A stretch of 36,710 bases of DNA from an uncultured virus (IMG/VR IMGVR_UViG_3300044712_001838) (Duplodnaviria; Heunggongvirae; Uroviricota; Caudoviricetes): the IMG/VR virus record IMGVR_UViG_3300044712_001838, one strand, 5' to 3'. A program made the translations under genes and the position numbers. Below are positions 24,214-33,830 of this stretch, piece by piece (position 1 is the stretch's first letter; every line of letters begins with the position of its first letter). The notes under the pieces were generated by a model. It made no database searches, had not been told where the DNA came from, and saw only the letters and a list, made by a program, of their open reading frames with translations.

Positions 24214-24554
24214 GCCGATTTTATGTCCCAAGTCTGGATTGTTGCGCTGCGTTCCCTTAGCCAAGCCAATGCTTCTGCTTCGGCATCGAAGATTCTGTCA
24301 TGGACAAGGTCATTGAGATTCAGGGCTTCGCAGTCCTTGTCGTAGTCCCCCATGGTACATGCCCAATCGGACGGGACGGAATGTGGACCCGCATGCTTCC
24401 AATAGCGGTCGTAGATAGTTCCACCCTTGGGGACCAGCTTAAGAATGGCGTAGATCAAGTTGGGGCAGTCCCAATTGTCCTCGTTGTAGTAACCGACGAG
24501 GACTTCTTTTCCAGCCTTGAGGCGTTCGATTATCTGTTCTTTGGTTGAGATCAT
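24210..24554 (-). CDS. hypothetical protein
   Basis: Probable start MISTKEQ. Confidence 0.6.
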   Translation of the reverse strand: MISTKEQIIERLKAGKEVLVGYYNEDNWDCPNLIYAILKLVPKGGTIYDRYWKHAGPHSVPSDWACTMGDYDKDCEALNLNDLVHDRIFDAEAEALAWLRERSATIQTWDIKSA

Positions 24555-24829
24555 GATTAAGCTCGTGAACGGGTTGCAAGCGCGAATTCCACGCGCGTCG
24601 GTTTCTCCAAGCACCTGCCCCACTCGTACGCAATGCGCCATATTCGGTGCTTTTCGGGTTGCAGCCCCAGCGTACTAATGGCAAGCATTCCGTTCGCTCT
24701 GCAAAGCTCCCGAAATGCTTTTGGTCTCGCAGTCCGTAACTGCGGCTTCGTTTGTTTACACGTTATCGATCCGTGCCGTTGCCGCCCGTCCACAAGCTGC
24801 AAATCATCCTAAGCGCGTTAGCCTGAGAG

Positions 24830-25756
24830 TCAACTAGATTCTTGATTTCCTGGCAAAAGAACATTCAAGGCTTTGGTGAGGGCTTTGTCAGGCTTGACGC
24901 GCTTCTTCGGTCGCCTGTTTACTGCTCCAACTTCCCGTTGTGCCTGTTCAAGCAACTTCTCGACGGGCGGATTAACTCCGTGCGCCGTAAACATGTTGGC
25001 AAACTTACAAGCGACCTTTGACCCATAGGCTTCACGGATGATGCAAAAGAGCCTCGCAAAGTCAATGACTGCCTTTGTCGTATTGATGGCGACTGTCGTG
25101 TTATGCGGGTCCTTCTCGGTTGTATTCTCGATGACGGCGTCCAAATGGCAAGCGTATTGTGGCAAGTTCGAGACGATCTCTTCTTTCGGGTCCCAAGGGA
25201 CGTCCTCGTGCTTATCCAAGATGGTAAGCAAGGCGATGGAGATGGCGGCTTGCTGAAGCACGCGCTTCTTGAGTTCGACCTTTGCATGCGGGTTGCTACG
25301 GTTAACCTCGTCGATCTTAGCGACGCGTTTCCGGAGCATTCGCTTCCATTCCTCGATGCCCCAAGCACCATTACTTTTGCCCCACAGGAACTCCTGGACG
25401 ACCCTGGCAGCGATGATGGCTTCCTTGAGGTTCTCTTCTGTTGTTGAGAGTTGTGCGTCGTCGCCTTTGACGGCTAAATCGGTTTCGTTTGAGAAGGCAA
25501 CGTAGTTGTCCTTCATAGCGTTGTCGATCAGTATCTTCGCGCCCCAAAGGGTCCAGCACTTACTCTCGTTGCTGTAGATGACGCAATTGGTCATGAGAGG
25601 GTTGACTCTAGACTTAAAGGTCTCCAATGTCGCCTGATTCATGACCAAGAAGGCGACCTTGGACTGCTTTTCTAGGACGGCAAAGATCGACCAAAGCTGC
25701 ACCAAGAGGCGGTCAGACGCGAAGTCGACAAGCACGACGAGTGTTGCATTCTTCAA
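24830..25756 (-). CDS. hypothetical protein; central helices weakly MazG-like
   Basis: AAGGA RBS with TTG; ELKKRVLQQAAISIALL. Confidence 0.65.
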   Translation of the reverse strand: MKNATLVVLVDFASDRLLVQLWSIFAVLEKQSKVAFLVMNQATLETFKSRVNPLMTNCVIYSNESKCWTLWGAKILIDNAMKDNYVAFSNETDLAVKGDDAQLSTTEENLKEAIIAARVVQEFLWGKSNGAWGIEEWKRMLRKRVAKIDEVNRSNPHAKVELKKRVLQQAAISIALLTILDKHEDVPWDPKEEIVSNLPQYACHLDAVIENTTEKDPHNTTVAINTTKAVIDFARLFCIIREAYGSKVACKFANMFTAHGVNPPVEKLLEQAQREVGAVNRRPKKRVKPDKALTKALNVLLPGNQESS

Positions 25757-25767
25757 GAGGTTGTTCC

Positions 25768-26025
25768 TTAGAACGAGTCGAGGATGATGCAAGGTTCGGC
25801 GGCTTCTGAGTCGGACGGCCAAGACATTGTCTTGTCGGTTCCAAACTTACCTAGCTTTGCCCCGTTAATCCTGTTCAGAGAGTCGCTTTCCGCCATATGG
25901 AAGACAGGGATGTCGGGCATTGAGAGCAGCATTTGCGCCAACTGATGGGCGGTTATGCGCGGGAGGGTAACTTCCTCTCGGAGCAGGGAGCCGTCGGGCT
26001 GAGGGGTGTATCTTGCGAAGTCCAT
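25768..26025 (-). CDS. hypothetical protein
   Basis: AAGGAG RBS. Confidence 0.6.
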   Translation of the reverse strand: MDFARYTPQPDGSLLREEVTLPRITAHQLAQMLLSMPDIPVFHMAESDSLNRINGAKLGKFGTDKTMSWPSDSEAAEPCIILDSF

Positions 26026-26285
26026 ATGTCTCCTTTGTCCTTCCATTCGAACCATTGCTTTGCGAGGTCTTTCCTACCTCCGCCCAAGAATGCTGATGCC
26101 GCCATTTGACCGATGAATTGGGCGTAGATGGGAAGGCGACCGTTGTCGTCGAACCCGTCGAGGTACACCTTGAGGGGCTGGTTGCATTGGTCGAAGAGAT
26201 GAGGGATCGTAAAGAAGCAGCCCATCTCATCGGTGCCGAAGAACTCTGAAACGGGAATGGGCGGGTGCTTGCACTTACTTGTCAT
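25953..26285 (-). CDS. hypothetical protein
   Basis: Coupled ORF; overlaps the next gene. Confidence 0.55.
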   Translation of the reverse strand: MTSKCKHPPIPVSEFFGTDEMGCFFTIPHLFDQCNQPLKVYLDGFDDNGRLPIYAQFIGQMAASAFLGGGRKDLAKQWFEWKDKGDIWTSQDTPLSPTAPCSERKLPSRA

Positions 26286-26676
26286 GTCTTAGCCCGAACC
26301 TTTTGAAGTCGTCAACTAGGTAATCGTTGTTGAGCGCGTATTGGAGCAGGGTAGCCAGTTCTGAAAGCATGGCTTTATGCTGCTTTGTAAACCCTTTTGG
26401 GGTCCAGCCAATCGGCTCATAGCTTCTTGCCCATACAGGAAGCATGTCTGGCAGGACCGAGCCTTCGGTGCCGTCCGTGTTGACGACCTTGATATCGTCG
26501 CCTTCAAAGTACCAGCACTGCAACGCGTTGATGCGAAGGGCTGTAATGCGAACGCCTGGAATGCAGTTGATCGCTTTGAAAAGCTCGGCAATCCGTTTTT
26601 TGATAAGCGGTGATTGACGGCGAGCAACTGCGCGGAGTTCATTCTCCGTTTGGGCGATGAGATTAACCTTCTTCAT
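26275..26676 (-). CDS. hypothetical protein
   Basis: AAGGAG RBS. Confidence 0.7.
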   Translation of the reverse strand: MKKVNLIAQTENELRAVARRQSPLIKKRIAELFKAINCIPGVRITALRINALQCWYFEGDDIKVVNTDGTEGSVLPDMLPVWARSYEPIGWTPKGFTKQHKAMLSELATLLQYALNNDYLVDDFKRFGLRHDK

Positions 26677-26684
26677 GACTCTCC

Positions 26685-27095
26685 TTACCAGCGTTTTGCC
26701 GCGATGTCTTGCTTGACGATCTGGACGAGCTTGTTGTGGTCAAGCTTTCCAGTTTCCATGTATTCCTCGCGCGCCTCGGGTGTAAGGACGCCGGGGTAGT
26801 TCTTGTCCCAATACTCCAGTCGCGCCTTACGATGCTTGGTCTGGAGCTTCTTCTCGATTTGCCCCTTCGGCTTGTTCAGGATGGCGATCTCGATGTAGGC
26901 AGAGACGTCCTCGGGTGTAACGCGATAGTGGTGCTCGTGTTCTTCCCCGATGGACTTGTGGACAATCTCGACCATTTTCTGGTCGGGAGAAACGATGCGG
27001 ACATTCTGGCGACCGACGGTATAGGTCCAGACCTTGCCGTCGATATGCAGCTTGCGCTTGCCTTCAGACGCCAATCTTTTGTGCTTCTTTTCCAT
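26685..27095 (-). CDS. hypothetical protein
   Basis: GAGG RBS; MEKKHKR…. Confidence 0.7.
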   Translation of the reverse strand: MEKKHKRLASEGKRKLHIDGKVWTYTVGRQNVRIVSPDQKMVEIVHKSIGEEHEHHYRVTPEDVSAYIEIAILNKPKGQIEKKLQTKHRKARLEYWDKNYPGVLTPEAREEYMETGKLDHNKLVQIVKQDIAAKRW

Positions 27096-27297
27096 CTTGC
27101 ATCCTCGTTTTCTGGTCCTTGGGCGGCTCCAATTTGGGTCCCCAAACGGTCTGGCTGTCGAAGTCCTCGTAGGCGTTACTATCGTCGCCTGCGAAGCCAG
27201 CGCGAAGCTCTCCGCGAACGTTGAAGATTTCGACGATGGTCCAATCGTCATCGGGTCTTGACTTGACCCAATAGAATCCTGGCTGCGTTGGTGTCAT
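27064..27297 (-). CDS. small phage protein (PTxPGxYW…WGPxLxPP)
   Basis: AAGGA RBS. Confidence 0.7.
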   Translation of the reverse strand: MTPTQPGFYWVKSRPDDDWTIVEIFNVRGELRAGFAGDDSNAYEDFDSQTVWGPKLEPPKDQKTRMQDGKEAQKIGV

Positions 27298-27307
27298 GGG
27301 GTTCCTT

Positions 27308-27553
27308 TTATCCAATGTAAACGGCGCGAACGGCTTGCTTTCGGTCCCGTGAAGGGACGTCCTTCAAGTTGTCTGTATGCTCGAAGTCGCTCATGCCGTA
27401 GGTGTCATGGCTTTTCCATCGGTGCATCCAGCCGTCCTTGACTTCGTCAATCTCGGCTACGGTAGCTTCGCCAGCCTCGCCACAAACGATGGCGTCGCCT
27501 GGAACGGTCTTGAGCAGTTCGTTGACCTTGTTTGCCAGTTCTTGAAGCGTCAT
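27308..27553 (-). CDS. small phage protein (MTxxEL…PxD family)
   Basis: AGGA RBS. Confidence 0.7.
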   Translation of the reverse strand: MTLQELANKVNELLKTVPGDAIVCGEAGEATVAEIDEVKDGWMHRWKSHDTYGMSDFEHTDNLKDVPSRDRKQAVRAVYIG

Positions 27554-27561
27554 TTGCTGTC

Positions 27562-27789
27562 CTAATAAATATCCAGAACGGCTACTCTTGCTTTTGTTTG
27601 GCAATCATTCGGCTCATTGCCATTCTCGTACAAGATTTCATCGCCATTTATCAAAACGTCTTCGGTAGAAACCTTGCCTATTTCTTGCAAGGGATAGTCA
27701 TCGTTATTTCGAATTGCCTCCGCCCTTAAAACTACAGTCAGGTCTTTTGGAAGCTTTTTTAACTTGGACACCAGTTCTTGTACCGTCAT
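27562..27789 (-). CDS. small phage protein (MTxxEL…PxD family)
   Basis: MTVQELVSKLKKLPKDLTVV. Confidence 0.7.
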   Translation of the reverse strand: MTVQELVSKLKKLPKDLTVVLRAEAIRNNDDYPLQEIGKVSTEDVLINGDEILYENGNEPNDCQTKARVAVLDIY

Positions 27790-27798
27790 GTTTACATC

Positions 27799-28164
27799 CT
27801 AATCGCCGAAGTCAGGGACTTCCTGGCGGAGTCCAAGAACAGTGATCGTCTTTTTGCGCTGAGTCTCCTGTCGGTACCCGCAATGCCAACAAGTTCGCGT
27901 CCAAGCGGGGGTTGACGTTGGCGGGATGTAGCAGGGGAGTTGCCTGTCGACGCCCATGGTTCCGGGCGGGTCGCCTGCGAAGTTGTATCCTGGCGTTTCG
28001 CGCGGGGAGTAGACAGGGGGTCTCCAGTCGTGCCGACAAGCTCGAACGACTTGCGCGGCGTGCTCTTGAGCCGCTTCGAGTTGTTCACGGGCTTCCTTGA
28101 TCCGGCGTTGAGCTTCGTCATAAGGCGGGATAGCGGGCGGGTCGCTATATGGTCGCATAGGCAT
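27799..28164 (-). CDS. hypothetical protein with zinc-binding motifs
   Basis: CRHDW…RTCWHCG; GGAGG RBS. Confidence 0.7.
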   Translation of the reverse strand: MPMRPYSDPPAIPPYDEAQRRIKEAREQLEAAQEHAAQVVRACRHDWRPPVYSPRETPGYNFAGDPPGTMGVDRQLPCYIPPTSTPAWTRTCWHCGYRQETQRKKTITVLGLRQEVPDFGD

Positions 28165-28167
28165 CGC

Positions 28168-28401
28168 TCAGCCCTCCAGCTTCTGCGTTGCAGGCGGCAA
28201 GTGTTCGATCAAATCCCCGAGGAGGTCGATGTGCCGTTTGAGAGTGTCCATAGCATCGGAGACTTTTTCCTCGTCGGTCAATTCCGGACCGTTCAGTCCG
28301 CGAAAAATCTTTCGCTGTTTGCACAATCCGGTTTCGATCAGCAGCTTCCAGTAGGTAATCAAAGCCAGTCGCTGTTGAATTTGCCCTTCGATGAGTGTCA
28401 T
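28168..28401 (-). CDS. hypothetical protein
   Basis: AAGGA RBS. Confidence 0.65.
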   Translation of the reverse strand: MTLIEGQIQQRLALITYWKLLIETGLCKQRKIFRGLNGPELTDEEKVSDAMDTLKRHIDLLGDLIEHLPPATQKLEG

Positions 28402-28403
28402 GG

Positions 28404-28763
28404 CTAGAATTTCCTTCTCGCTTGAGCTTCGGTTATGCACTTTTTGCACATGCCCTTGGGCTTCTGCGCGCGGCAATGCTTACAGATGCGGCAAGGGTAG
28501 CTCTTTCGCCGCTTACGCTTTGCGGACTGAATGGCGCGCGACATGCAATCCTGGCAGAAGTAGGCATTGAACTCGTTGCCGCCATGGACTCCGGACGGGA
28601 TGTACTCGTCAACGTAGTAGCAAAGGAACGCTTTCTTGCCATTCAGCTTCGCATGACAAGAGGAGCATTCCGTGTCGTCGGCAAGTCCGTCGTTGCCAGG
28701 GTTGCAGATTGGACCCATTGAGCCAATGGTTATTATCTGCTCTACCTTCATTTGCCGCTCCAT
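28404..28763 (-). CDS. Cys-rich zinc-finger protein
   Basis: CSSC, CQDC, CRIC, CKKC. Confidence 0.65.
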   Translation of the reverse strand: MERQMKVEQIITIGSMGPICNPGNDGLADDTECSSCHAKLNGKKAFLCYYVDEYIPSGVHGGNEFNAYFCQDCMSRAIQSAKRKRRKSYPCRICKHCRAQKPKGMCKKCITEAQARRKF

Positions 28764-29134
28764 TAACACATGAATGAGGGTTGCTTGCGGTCCGTCAACT
28801 TCTGGAACTCTTCAAGCAGTTTCGGCGGAACGGGTCCGACCTTATGAGCGTCGTAAATTTCGGTCAAGACGACGTCGAGATTTCGGGATGTAACCTTGCC
28901 GGATGCAACTGGCTGAAACCGACATGCCCATCCTTTGACAGGGAAAGAACCGCCGCCTTCGCACTCAAGGAAGGCAGCCATGTGCTTAGCTTTATCTTCC
29001 CTCTCCTTCTTAACGCATTTGTACGGTTTTCCAGCGGCGAAGATGAGCTTCCCGTCCTCTTGGAGGTTTACGTTGCACGCATAGATTTCGCCTACTACGA
29101 AGTCGTCAACCTTCAGTTCAGTCATTTGACCCAT
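28763..29134 (-). CDS. 'DAHK' family protein, paralogue 1
   Basis: C-terminus VLTEIYDAHK…LLEEFQKLT…PSF. Confidence 0.75.
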   Translation of the reverse strand: MGQMTELKVDDFVVGEIYACNVNLQEDGKLIFAAGKPYKCVKKEREDKAKHMAAFLECEGGGSFPVKGWACRFQPVASGKVTSRNLDVVLTEIYDAHKVGPVPPKLLEEFQKLTDRKQPSFMC

Positions 29135-29155
29135 GCCCCGAAATTCACCAAGGTG

Positions 29156-29183
29156 AGCATATCACAAGGAAACGGCGGATCAA
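29156..29183 (-). promoter_or_regulatory. possible sigma70-like promoter
   Basis: TTGATC-N16-TATGCT with TG extension. Confidence 0.45.
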
Positions 29184-29189
29184 GAGGAA

Positions 29190-29501
29190 TTATTTGATTT
29201 CCGTGATGACAACCGTAAACGGTCCAGCCTTGACCTGTTTTCGCAATTCCTCAATCTCGACCGAGTCCAACTCTACCCAAGGTGTAAGCTTCAGTTTAGG
29301 GTCGTTGTAGACCGTTAGCTGGACCCATTTCTTTGGGATTTGGTAGCCATTCTCTTTTAGGACTTTCTCGGACGGAGTAAACGTCCCGAACTTCATCCGC
29401 TTACGGGCAGTACTGACCGCCGTTAGCACGAGCGTCAGGATGATTACAGAAAGGGCGCAACCGACTTTGAATTCCATGTGCCCGCGCATATCATTCTCCA
29501 A
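29190..29501 (-). CDS. hypothetical membrane-anchored protein
   Basis: Hydrophobic segment ALSVIILTLVLTAV. Confidence 0.6.
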   Translation of the reverse strand: MENDMRGHMEFKVGCALSVIILTLVLTAVSTARKRMKFGTFTPSEKVLKENGYQIPKKWVQLTVYNDPKLKLTPWVELDSVEIEELRKQVKAGPFTVVITEIK

Positions 29502-29757
29502 GCTTCTCTTTGACTTCGTACATAAGCTGCAAAAACGTCAAAAAGTCAACTTTCCCGCACTTGCCCTTGATGCCGCCGATTTCTTCCCCGTACAACGCCA
29601 GACGTTTGAAGTCGTCCTTACTGGTGCCATCAAATATAGCGCGCAGAAGAGCTACCTTTGTAACGATGTCCTTATCCTCGCGCAACATTTGGGCAAGTTC
29701 GTTCAAAGACAGGGTAACAACGGCATCGACGGAAACGGTCTTCTTGATCTCGATCAT
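29491..29757 (-). CDS. hypothetical protein
   Basis: ATGA-coupled. Confidence 0.65.
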   Translation of the reverse strand: MIEIKKTVSVDAVVTLSLNELAQMLREDKDIVTKVALLRAIFDGTSKDDFKRLALYGEEIGGIKGKCGKVDFLTFLQLMYEVKEKLGE

Positions 29758-30083
29758 TGTACGCGTGCCCTTTTTCTGTTCGCGGCTGTCCGTTTGATCT
29801 CGATCCAGTCACAATAGTTATTGAAGATTTCGACAGACATCCGCATTTGGTCGCCTACCTTGACGTCATCACGAAAGGAGGCGACGACGCGAAGGATGTA
29901 AGTCTTGTACGGTTCGCCAAAGTCTTCTACTATCTCAAGCCCGCAAGTCTCCCAAATGGCGGCTTCGGGCAAGATGGTTCGGTGCCAACGGATACCGTCC
30001 CTAATGTTGATTTCTAAGGGCGACGTCGTCTGCATGCCATCCTTGACCATGCAAAGCTTGAAAAGTCTGATTTTGGGCGGCAT
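29754..30083 (-). CDS. hypothetical protein
   Basis: GAGGA RBS before MPPKIR. Confidence 0.65.
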   Translation of the reverse strand: MPPKIRLFKLCMVKDGMQTTSPLEINIRDGIRWHRTILPEAAIWETCGLEIVEDFGEPYKTYILRVVASFRDDVKVGDQMRMSVEIFNNYCDWIEIKRTAANRKRARVQ

Positions 30084-30119
30084 AGCTTTCCTCACAGTAT
30101 AACAACGCCCCACTGTACT

Positions 30120-31187
30120 TTACTTCAACGTTTTCGGGGGATCAGCCGGAAGAACGACGATTTCCGTTTGGAAAGACTTGTGAACAACGGACGGCGTCTT
30201 TAACCGTTCAAAGATGACATGCCCGAAGTCCGGAACGAGGAAGTCGCCTTCGGGGGTGCTGCTGAACAGACCGACCTTCATGTCGTAATCTAGGTCAAGG
30301 TCAACCTGTTTGTACTTAACGACGCTGATCTGCGTCGAGAAGTTGCTCGCGTAGGCGACCTGAGGCTGAGAAATGAACAGCTTGGTAATCCATCCTCTGA
30401 CTTCCGTCTGGTGTCCGGAACCGCAACTCTCCAACCAGAACATCTTTTTCCAGAACGCCGCGTTCTCAATGTTCTCCGCAACCTCTTTCAAAAGCTTCAA
30501 TACTTCCTGCGACCAGGTGCCGACAGGGACGACCTCGGAGAGCTTCTCCCAATTGAAGGCGACCTTGAGCCAGTCCTCTCGCGTCCCCCTGACGTCGATG
30601 CACGGAATGTCGCAGAGGAACATGCCGTAGTTGTAGTATGGGCTGCACAAGTCGGCGAAGGCGCACTGCATGGCGTGCTGGCTGCTTGGGGTTGAAGTCG
30701 AGAACTGCGGCATGAAGACGGAAGATTCGGTCGGGACGAGGCTGGTCAGCATGTCAACCAGTTTGTCCATGGGCATTTCGACGATGCTGCTGCTCTGGAC
30801 AAGGATTGTTTGCTTCTTGTCAGAGGTTGAGAAGAGGCTGCGGTACTTCTCGGCATTCCCCTTGACGACGGAGGCGATCTCCGTAAGGAGCATGTACCAG
30901 ACGATGTCGGGGGTAATGACCGCCCCAAGGTGCTGCGCCCAGCAAGTATTGAGGTAGCTCAAATAGTTCTTTTGAGCAACAGGTCCGATACTGATGACGC
31001 GGGTTTGGAGTGGCGTCGTCGTTATGGTCGAGTAGTCCGATCCGTAATCCGACGAGCTTTCGAGCAGTCCGTCGACCAGTTGTTTGACAGGATCTTGGGG
31101 AACGTTTTCGTAACCCTTTCCGACCTTCTCGTATTTGGTCGGCTTCCTGTAGGTGCCAACTTTGATGTCTGACAGTTTCAGCTTCAT
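30120..31187 (-). CDS. DUF4419-family protein
   Basis: H…TPDIVW…NAEKYR, FSTST, YYNY…CDIP…GTREDW, GWI motifs. Confidence 0.75.
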   Translation of the reverse strand: MKLKLSDIKVGTYRKPTKYEKVGKGYENVPQDPVKQLVDGLLESSSDYGSDYSTITTTPLQTRVISIGPVAQKNYLSYLNTCWAQHLGAVITPDIVWYMLLTEIASVVKGNAEKYRSLFSTSDKKQTILVQSSSIVEMPMDKLVDMLTSLVPTESSVFMPQFSTSTPSSQHAMQCAFADLCSPYYNYGMFLCDIPCIDVRGTREDWLKVAFNWEKLSEVVPVGTWSQEVLKLLKEVAENIENAAFWKKMFWLESCGSGHQTEVRGWITKLFISQPQVAYASNFSTQISVVKYKQVDLDLDYDMKVGLFSSTPEGDFLVPDFGHVIFERLKTPSVVHKSFQTEIVVLPADPPKTLK

Positions 31188-31196
31188 GCTTTCTCC

Positions 31197-31463
31197 TTAG
31201 AGTTCGTCTTCCGGAACGGTCTCGAAATTTTCAGTATGGTAGCCCCAACGGACACTGCCGCCCTTAGCGACAACGATGCAATGATCTGGCATGTTCTCGA
31301 TCTCTCCCAAGAACAGAACATGCTCCCCGTCTTCAAACGGGTACTGACCTGCAAGCGTCGGGGTAGGGAGAACAAACTTGACTACCGAGTTCGGTGCTGG
31401 CTTTCTTTCAAGCTTACCCGTTTTCTTCGCCACTTTTTGCTCCTGTTTGCGTTCTAGCGTCAA
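31197..31463 (-). CDS. phage hypothetical protein
   Basis: FLGEIENMPDHCIV…GYHTENF; start uncertain. Confidence 0.7.
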   Translation of the reverse strand: MTLERKQEQKVAKKTGKLERKPAPNSVVKFVLPTPTLAGQYPFEDGEHVLFLGEIENMPDHCIVVAKGGSVRWGYHTENFETVPEDEL

Positions 31464-31683
31464 GCCATTTTTGGTATTTCTTCCGTGCGCGCTCTATCCA
31501 TGGATGGTCATTAGTATAGGGCATCGCCTTAGGCGGCAGCACGTACAAGGTACACTTTTGGTAAAACTTCCAATCGCCGACTAGGCAAACTTCCCAATCG
31601 AGAGTGTAACAGTCTTTCATAACCAGTATGGAAAGTGGTCCGATGGACTTATCGCACATCCCGTTGAACAAGGATTTGTTCAT
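31414..31683 (-). CDS. hypothetical protein
   Basis: ATGA-coupled start. Confidence 0.55.
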   Translation of the reverse strand: MNKSLFNGMCDKSIGPLSILVMKDCYTLDWEVCLVGDWKFYQKCTLYVLPPKAMPYTNDHPWIERARKKYQKWLDARTQTGAKSGEENG

Positions 31684-31940
31684 TCTATGGGTCCTAGATG
31701 ACTGGAGGTACGAAAGAACGCCCCTAGCTCGAACGGCCATTCCTTCTTTTCGCAAGCCTCCGCCAACGTACGCAGCTTCTCGGCTAGTTGTCGCCTGCGT
31801 TCGGGGTATTTGGTCAGCCAGTGCGGTACGGTTCCAGGGATGTTGAACCACATCTCATCCTCGCAACCTTCCGGCAAGAGGATCTTGACAAGTAAGTCAT
31901 CGCCTTCGAGAGTAAAGTTGCCTTTGTCGTCAAGTTTCAT
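31680..31940 (-). CDS. hypothetical protein
   Basis: Abutting ORF. Confidence 0.65.
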   Translation of the reverse strand: MKLDDKGNFTLEGDDLLVKILLPEGCEDEMWFNIPGTVPHWLTKYPERRRQLAEKLRTLAEACEKKEWPFELGAFFRTSSHLGPIE

Positions 31941-32279
31941 TTACATTACCTGAGTAAGTTCTTCTTTGGAAAGATGGATGATGTCACCGTCGTTCAAGTG
32001 CTCAACGGCTTCGAGAACATCTTGGCACGCCAAGTATTGCTTTCCGTACATGAAACTCCATGACTCCGCCCAAGGGTCCAACTCGACTGTCGCAGGAATG
32101 GCGGGCTTGTATCGGAACAACCATGCAAGAAATCGGTGCCTTCTAATCCAATTGTTACGGACGGTTGCCGCCTCGTGTCTTGCTTGTCTCTCAGCACGAA
32201 GGCGCGATAGGTCAATGCTCTTGATATGGGCTTTGGCATTTCTCCGAACGACGCCGACCGCGACTGGAATCTGGCTCAT
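31941..32279 (-). CDS. hypothetical protein
   Basis: ATGA-coupled. Confidence 0.65.
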   Translation of the reverse strand: MSQIPVAVGVVRRNAKAHIKSIDLSRLRAERQARHEAATVRNNWIRRHRFLAWLFRYKPAIPATVELDPWAESWSFMYGKQYLACQDVLEAVEHLNDGDIIHLSKEELTQVM

Positions 32280-32818
32280 TTTAGCAAACCAGCCTTCTTG
32301 AGGACATCCAAGGCTCTTTCAAGCTGATCACCCGTCACATGAATGCGAAGATCGTAGTCGTCGTTCAGCAGACGTTCGTCGAAAGAGATGTCAACGCTAC
32401 CATAGGTCTTCTGAAGATCCTCAATGATCTTGCGTTTGCGTTTGGCGTTACGATCTACCTTAGTGCGCCTTTCGGCGCTCTCGTTGTTCGCCTTGGTTGT
32501 ATCAAGTATACATTGGGCGATGGCTTTGTAGTCGAGTCCGGTCGCCTTCTTGGTCTTAAAGACCTTCTTGCGGTTCGGCCAAGCGTCGATACTGACGTAG
32601 ACGTGCTCCATGTCGTAGTTGTACGACGTCCGCCAACCCGTATTGAGGAACTCGATGGAGACGCGCGGGCTTCTATCGTCATCTTCAATAATGACGGAGT
32701 CATGATAAATCCGGGGATCGCCGGACTTGACCGCTTGGGCCTTGGCGCCCAACTCGACCAAGGCTGCTACGATCTTGGCGGCGACCAGATTCTGGATTTT
32801 GACGTGATCTAAAATCAT
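32276..32818 (-). CDS. hypothetical protein
   Basis: GAGGGG RBS; first gene after a promoter. Confidence 0.75.
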   Translation of the reverse strand: MILDHVKIQNLVAAKIVAALVELGAKAQAVKSGDPRIYHDSVIIEDDDRSPRVSIEFLNTGWRTSYNYDMEHVYVSIDAWPNRKKVFKTKKATGLDYKAIAQCILDTTKANNESAERRTKVDRNAKRKRKIIEDLQKTYGSVDISFDERLLNDDYDLRIHVTGDQLERALDVLKKAGLLK

Positions 32819-32837
32819 CTCGACCCCTCTTCACTCA

Positions 32838-32866
32838 AGAATACCATGTCGGACGGTCTGAGTCAA
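32838..32866 (-). promoter_or_regulatory. sigma70-like promoter
   Basis: TTGACT-N17-TATTCT with TG extension. Confidence 0.65.
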
Positions 32867-32878
32867 GCAGGATTTAGC

Positions 32879-33301
32879 TTACGCCAAAAACTCTTCCGTT
32901 GGTACCAGTCTAGTCAACTTAATGGCTCTGGCTCCCATGGTACCAGGCGGCGGTCTGCGGTGAGCCAAATTTGTCAAATCATCTGTCTTCAATACTGAAT
33001 CAGGGTCTTTCCAAAAAGCGACAACTACGTTTGGGGAATCCCAGTCTCGGGCACAAACCCGAAGCGGTTGCGGATCGCACGCTTCGCATTCAAAGACGCT
33101 CGTACGATGACACAGGCTCCGTTCGAAGGCGACTGCGCAAACAAGTGTCTGGAATACAAACAGACGACTGCCCGGAATGGTTGGTCGTACCCATTTACCA
33201 AGCCTGTACTTTACGGAAGTCAGGCTATGGAGCGAGGACAGGAAGGTTTCAGGATCGCCAGCGCACGACCTTACGACCTTGTAGAACTTTTCCCTTGGCA
33301 T
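32879..33301 (-). CDS. hypothetical protein paralogous to the C-terminus of 20477-21280
   Basis: WVRPTIPGSRLFVF…PPPGTMGARAIKL. Confidence 0.7.
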   Translation of the reverse strand: MPREKFYKVVRSCAGDPETFLSSLHSLTSVKYRLGKWVRPTIPGSRLFVFQTLVCAVAFERSLCHRTSVFECEACDPQPLRVCARDWDSPNVVVAFWKDPDSVLKTDDLTNLAHRRPPPGTMGARAIKLTRLVPTEEFLA

Positions 33302-33308
33302 GATTCCC

Positions 33309-33830
33309 TCAACCGAGCGTTATCTGGTATTGACAGAACAGCAAGTCTTGAGTCCGCCAATCGGTTCCATCCGATTGCCATAGAAGCATCAAGGGACCTT
33401 GGTAAACCTCTTTATAGTCCTTTGTCGCGAATGCTTGTGCTGCTTCGAGCGTATTGAATGGCTTCGTCCAGGATTCTTTGATAGAGCCTTGGCTGTGCAT
33501 TGGACCGCCAAGCTCAGAGAGATCCAAGCGCGTCAATTGGTAGATCGGAGAGCACTTGCGAAGCATTTCCATTGCGACGCGAACCAATGGCGTCGGGATG
33601 TTGCATTTTTCCCACCAAGCACTCGGTCGGAGCTTCATGTTACAGCTAATCTGGTATCCGCCGTCAGGGTCGCCTTTTAGGAACGGCAAGTCGCCTTTAT
33701 GAATAGAGATGCCAATGACGGGCCAGTGCTTGCCAGTTGGGGCAAAGTGGCGCGCGAACAAGGCGTAGGGCGACTGGCAATACTCCTTGTACTTGCTTTT
33801 GCTGGTATCAATCTCTTTCCATTCCGTCAT
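33309..33830 (-). CDS. hypothetical protein
   Basis: GGAGG RBS. Confidence 0.7.
   Translation of the reverse strand: MTEWKEIDTSKSKYKEYCQSPYALFARHFAPTGKHWPVIGISIHKGDLPFLKGDPDGGYQISCNMKLRPSAWWEKCNIPTPLVRVAMEMLRKCSPIYQLTRLDLSELGGPMHSQGSIKESWTKPFNTLEAAQAFATKDYKEVYQGPLMLLWQSDGTDWRTQDLLFCQYQITLG

Noticed and set aside
24557..24802. 81-aa - strand ORF
   Set aside because: Fills a gap but has no clear RBS or recognisable features
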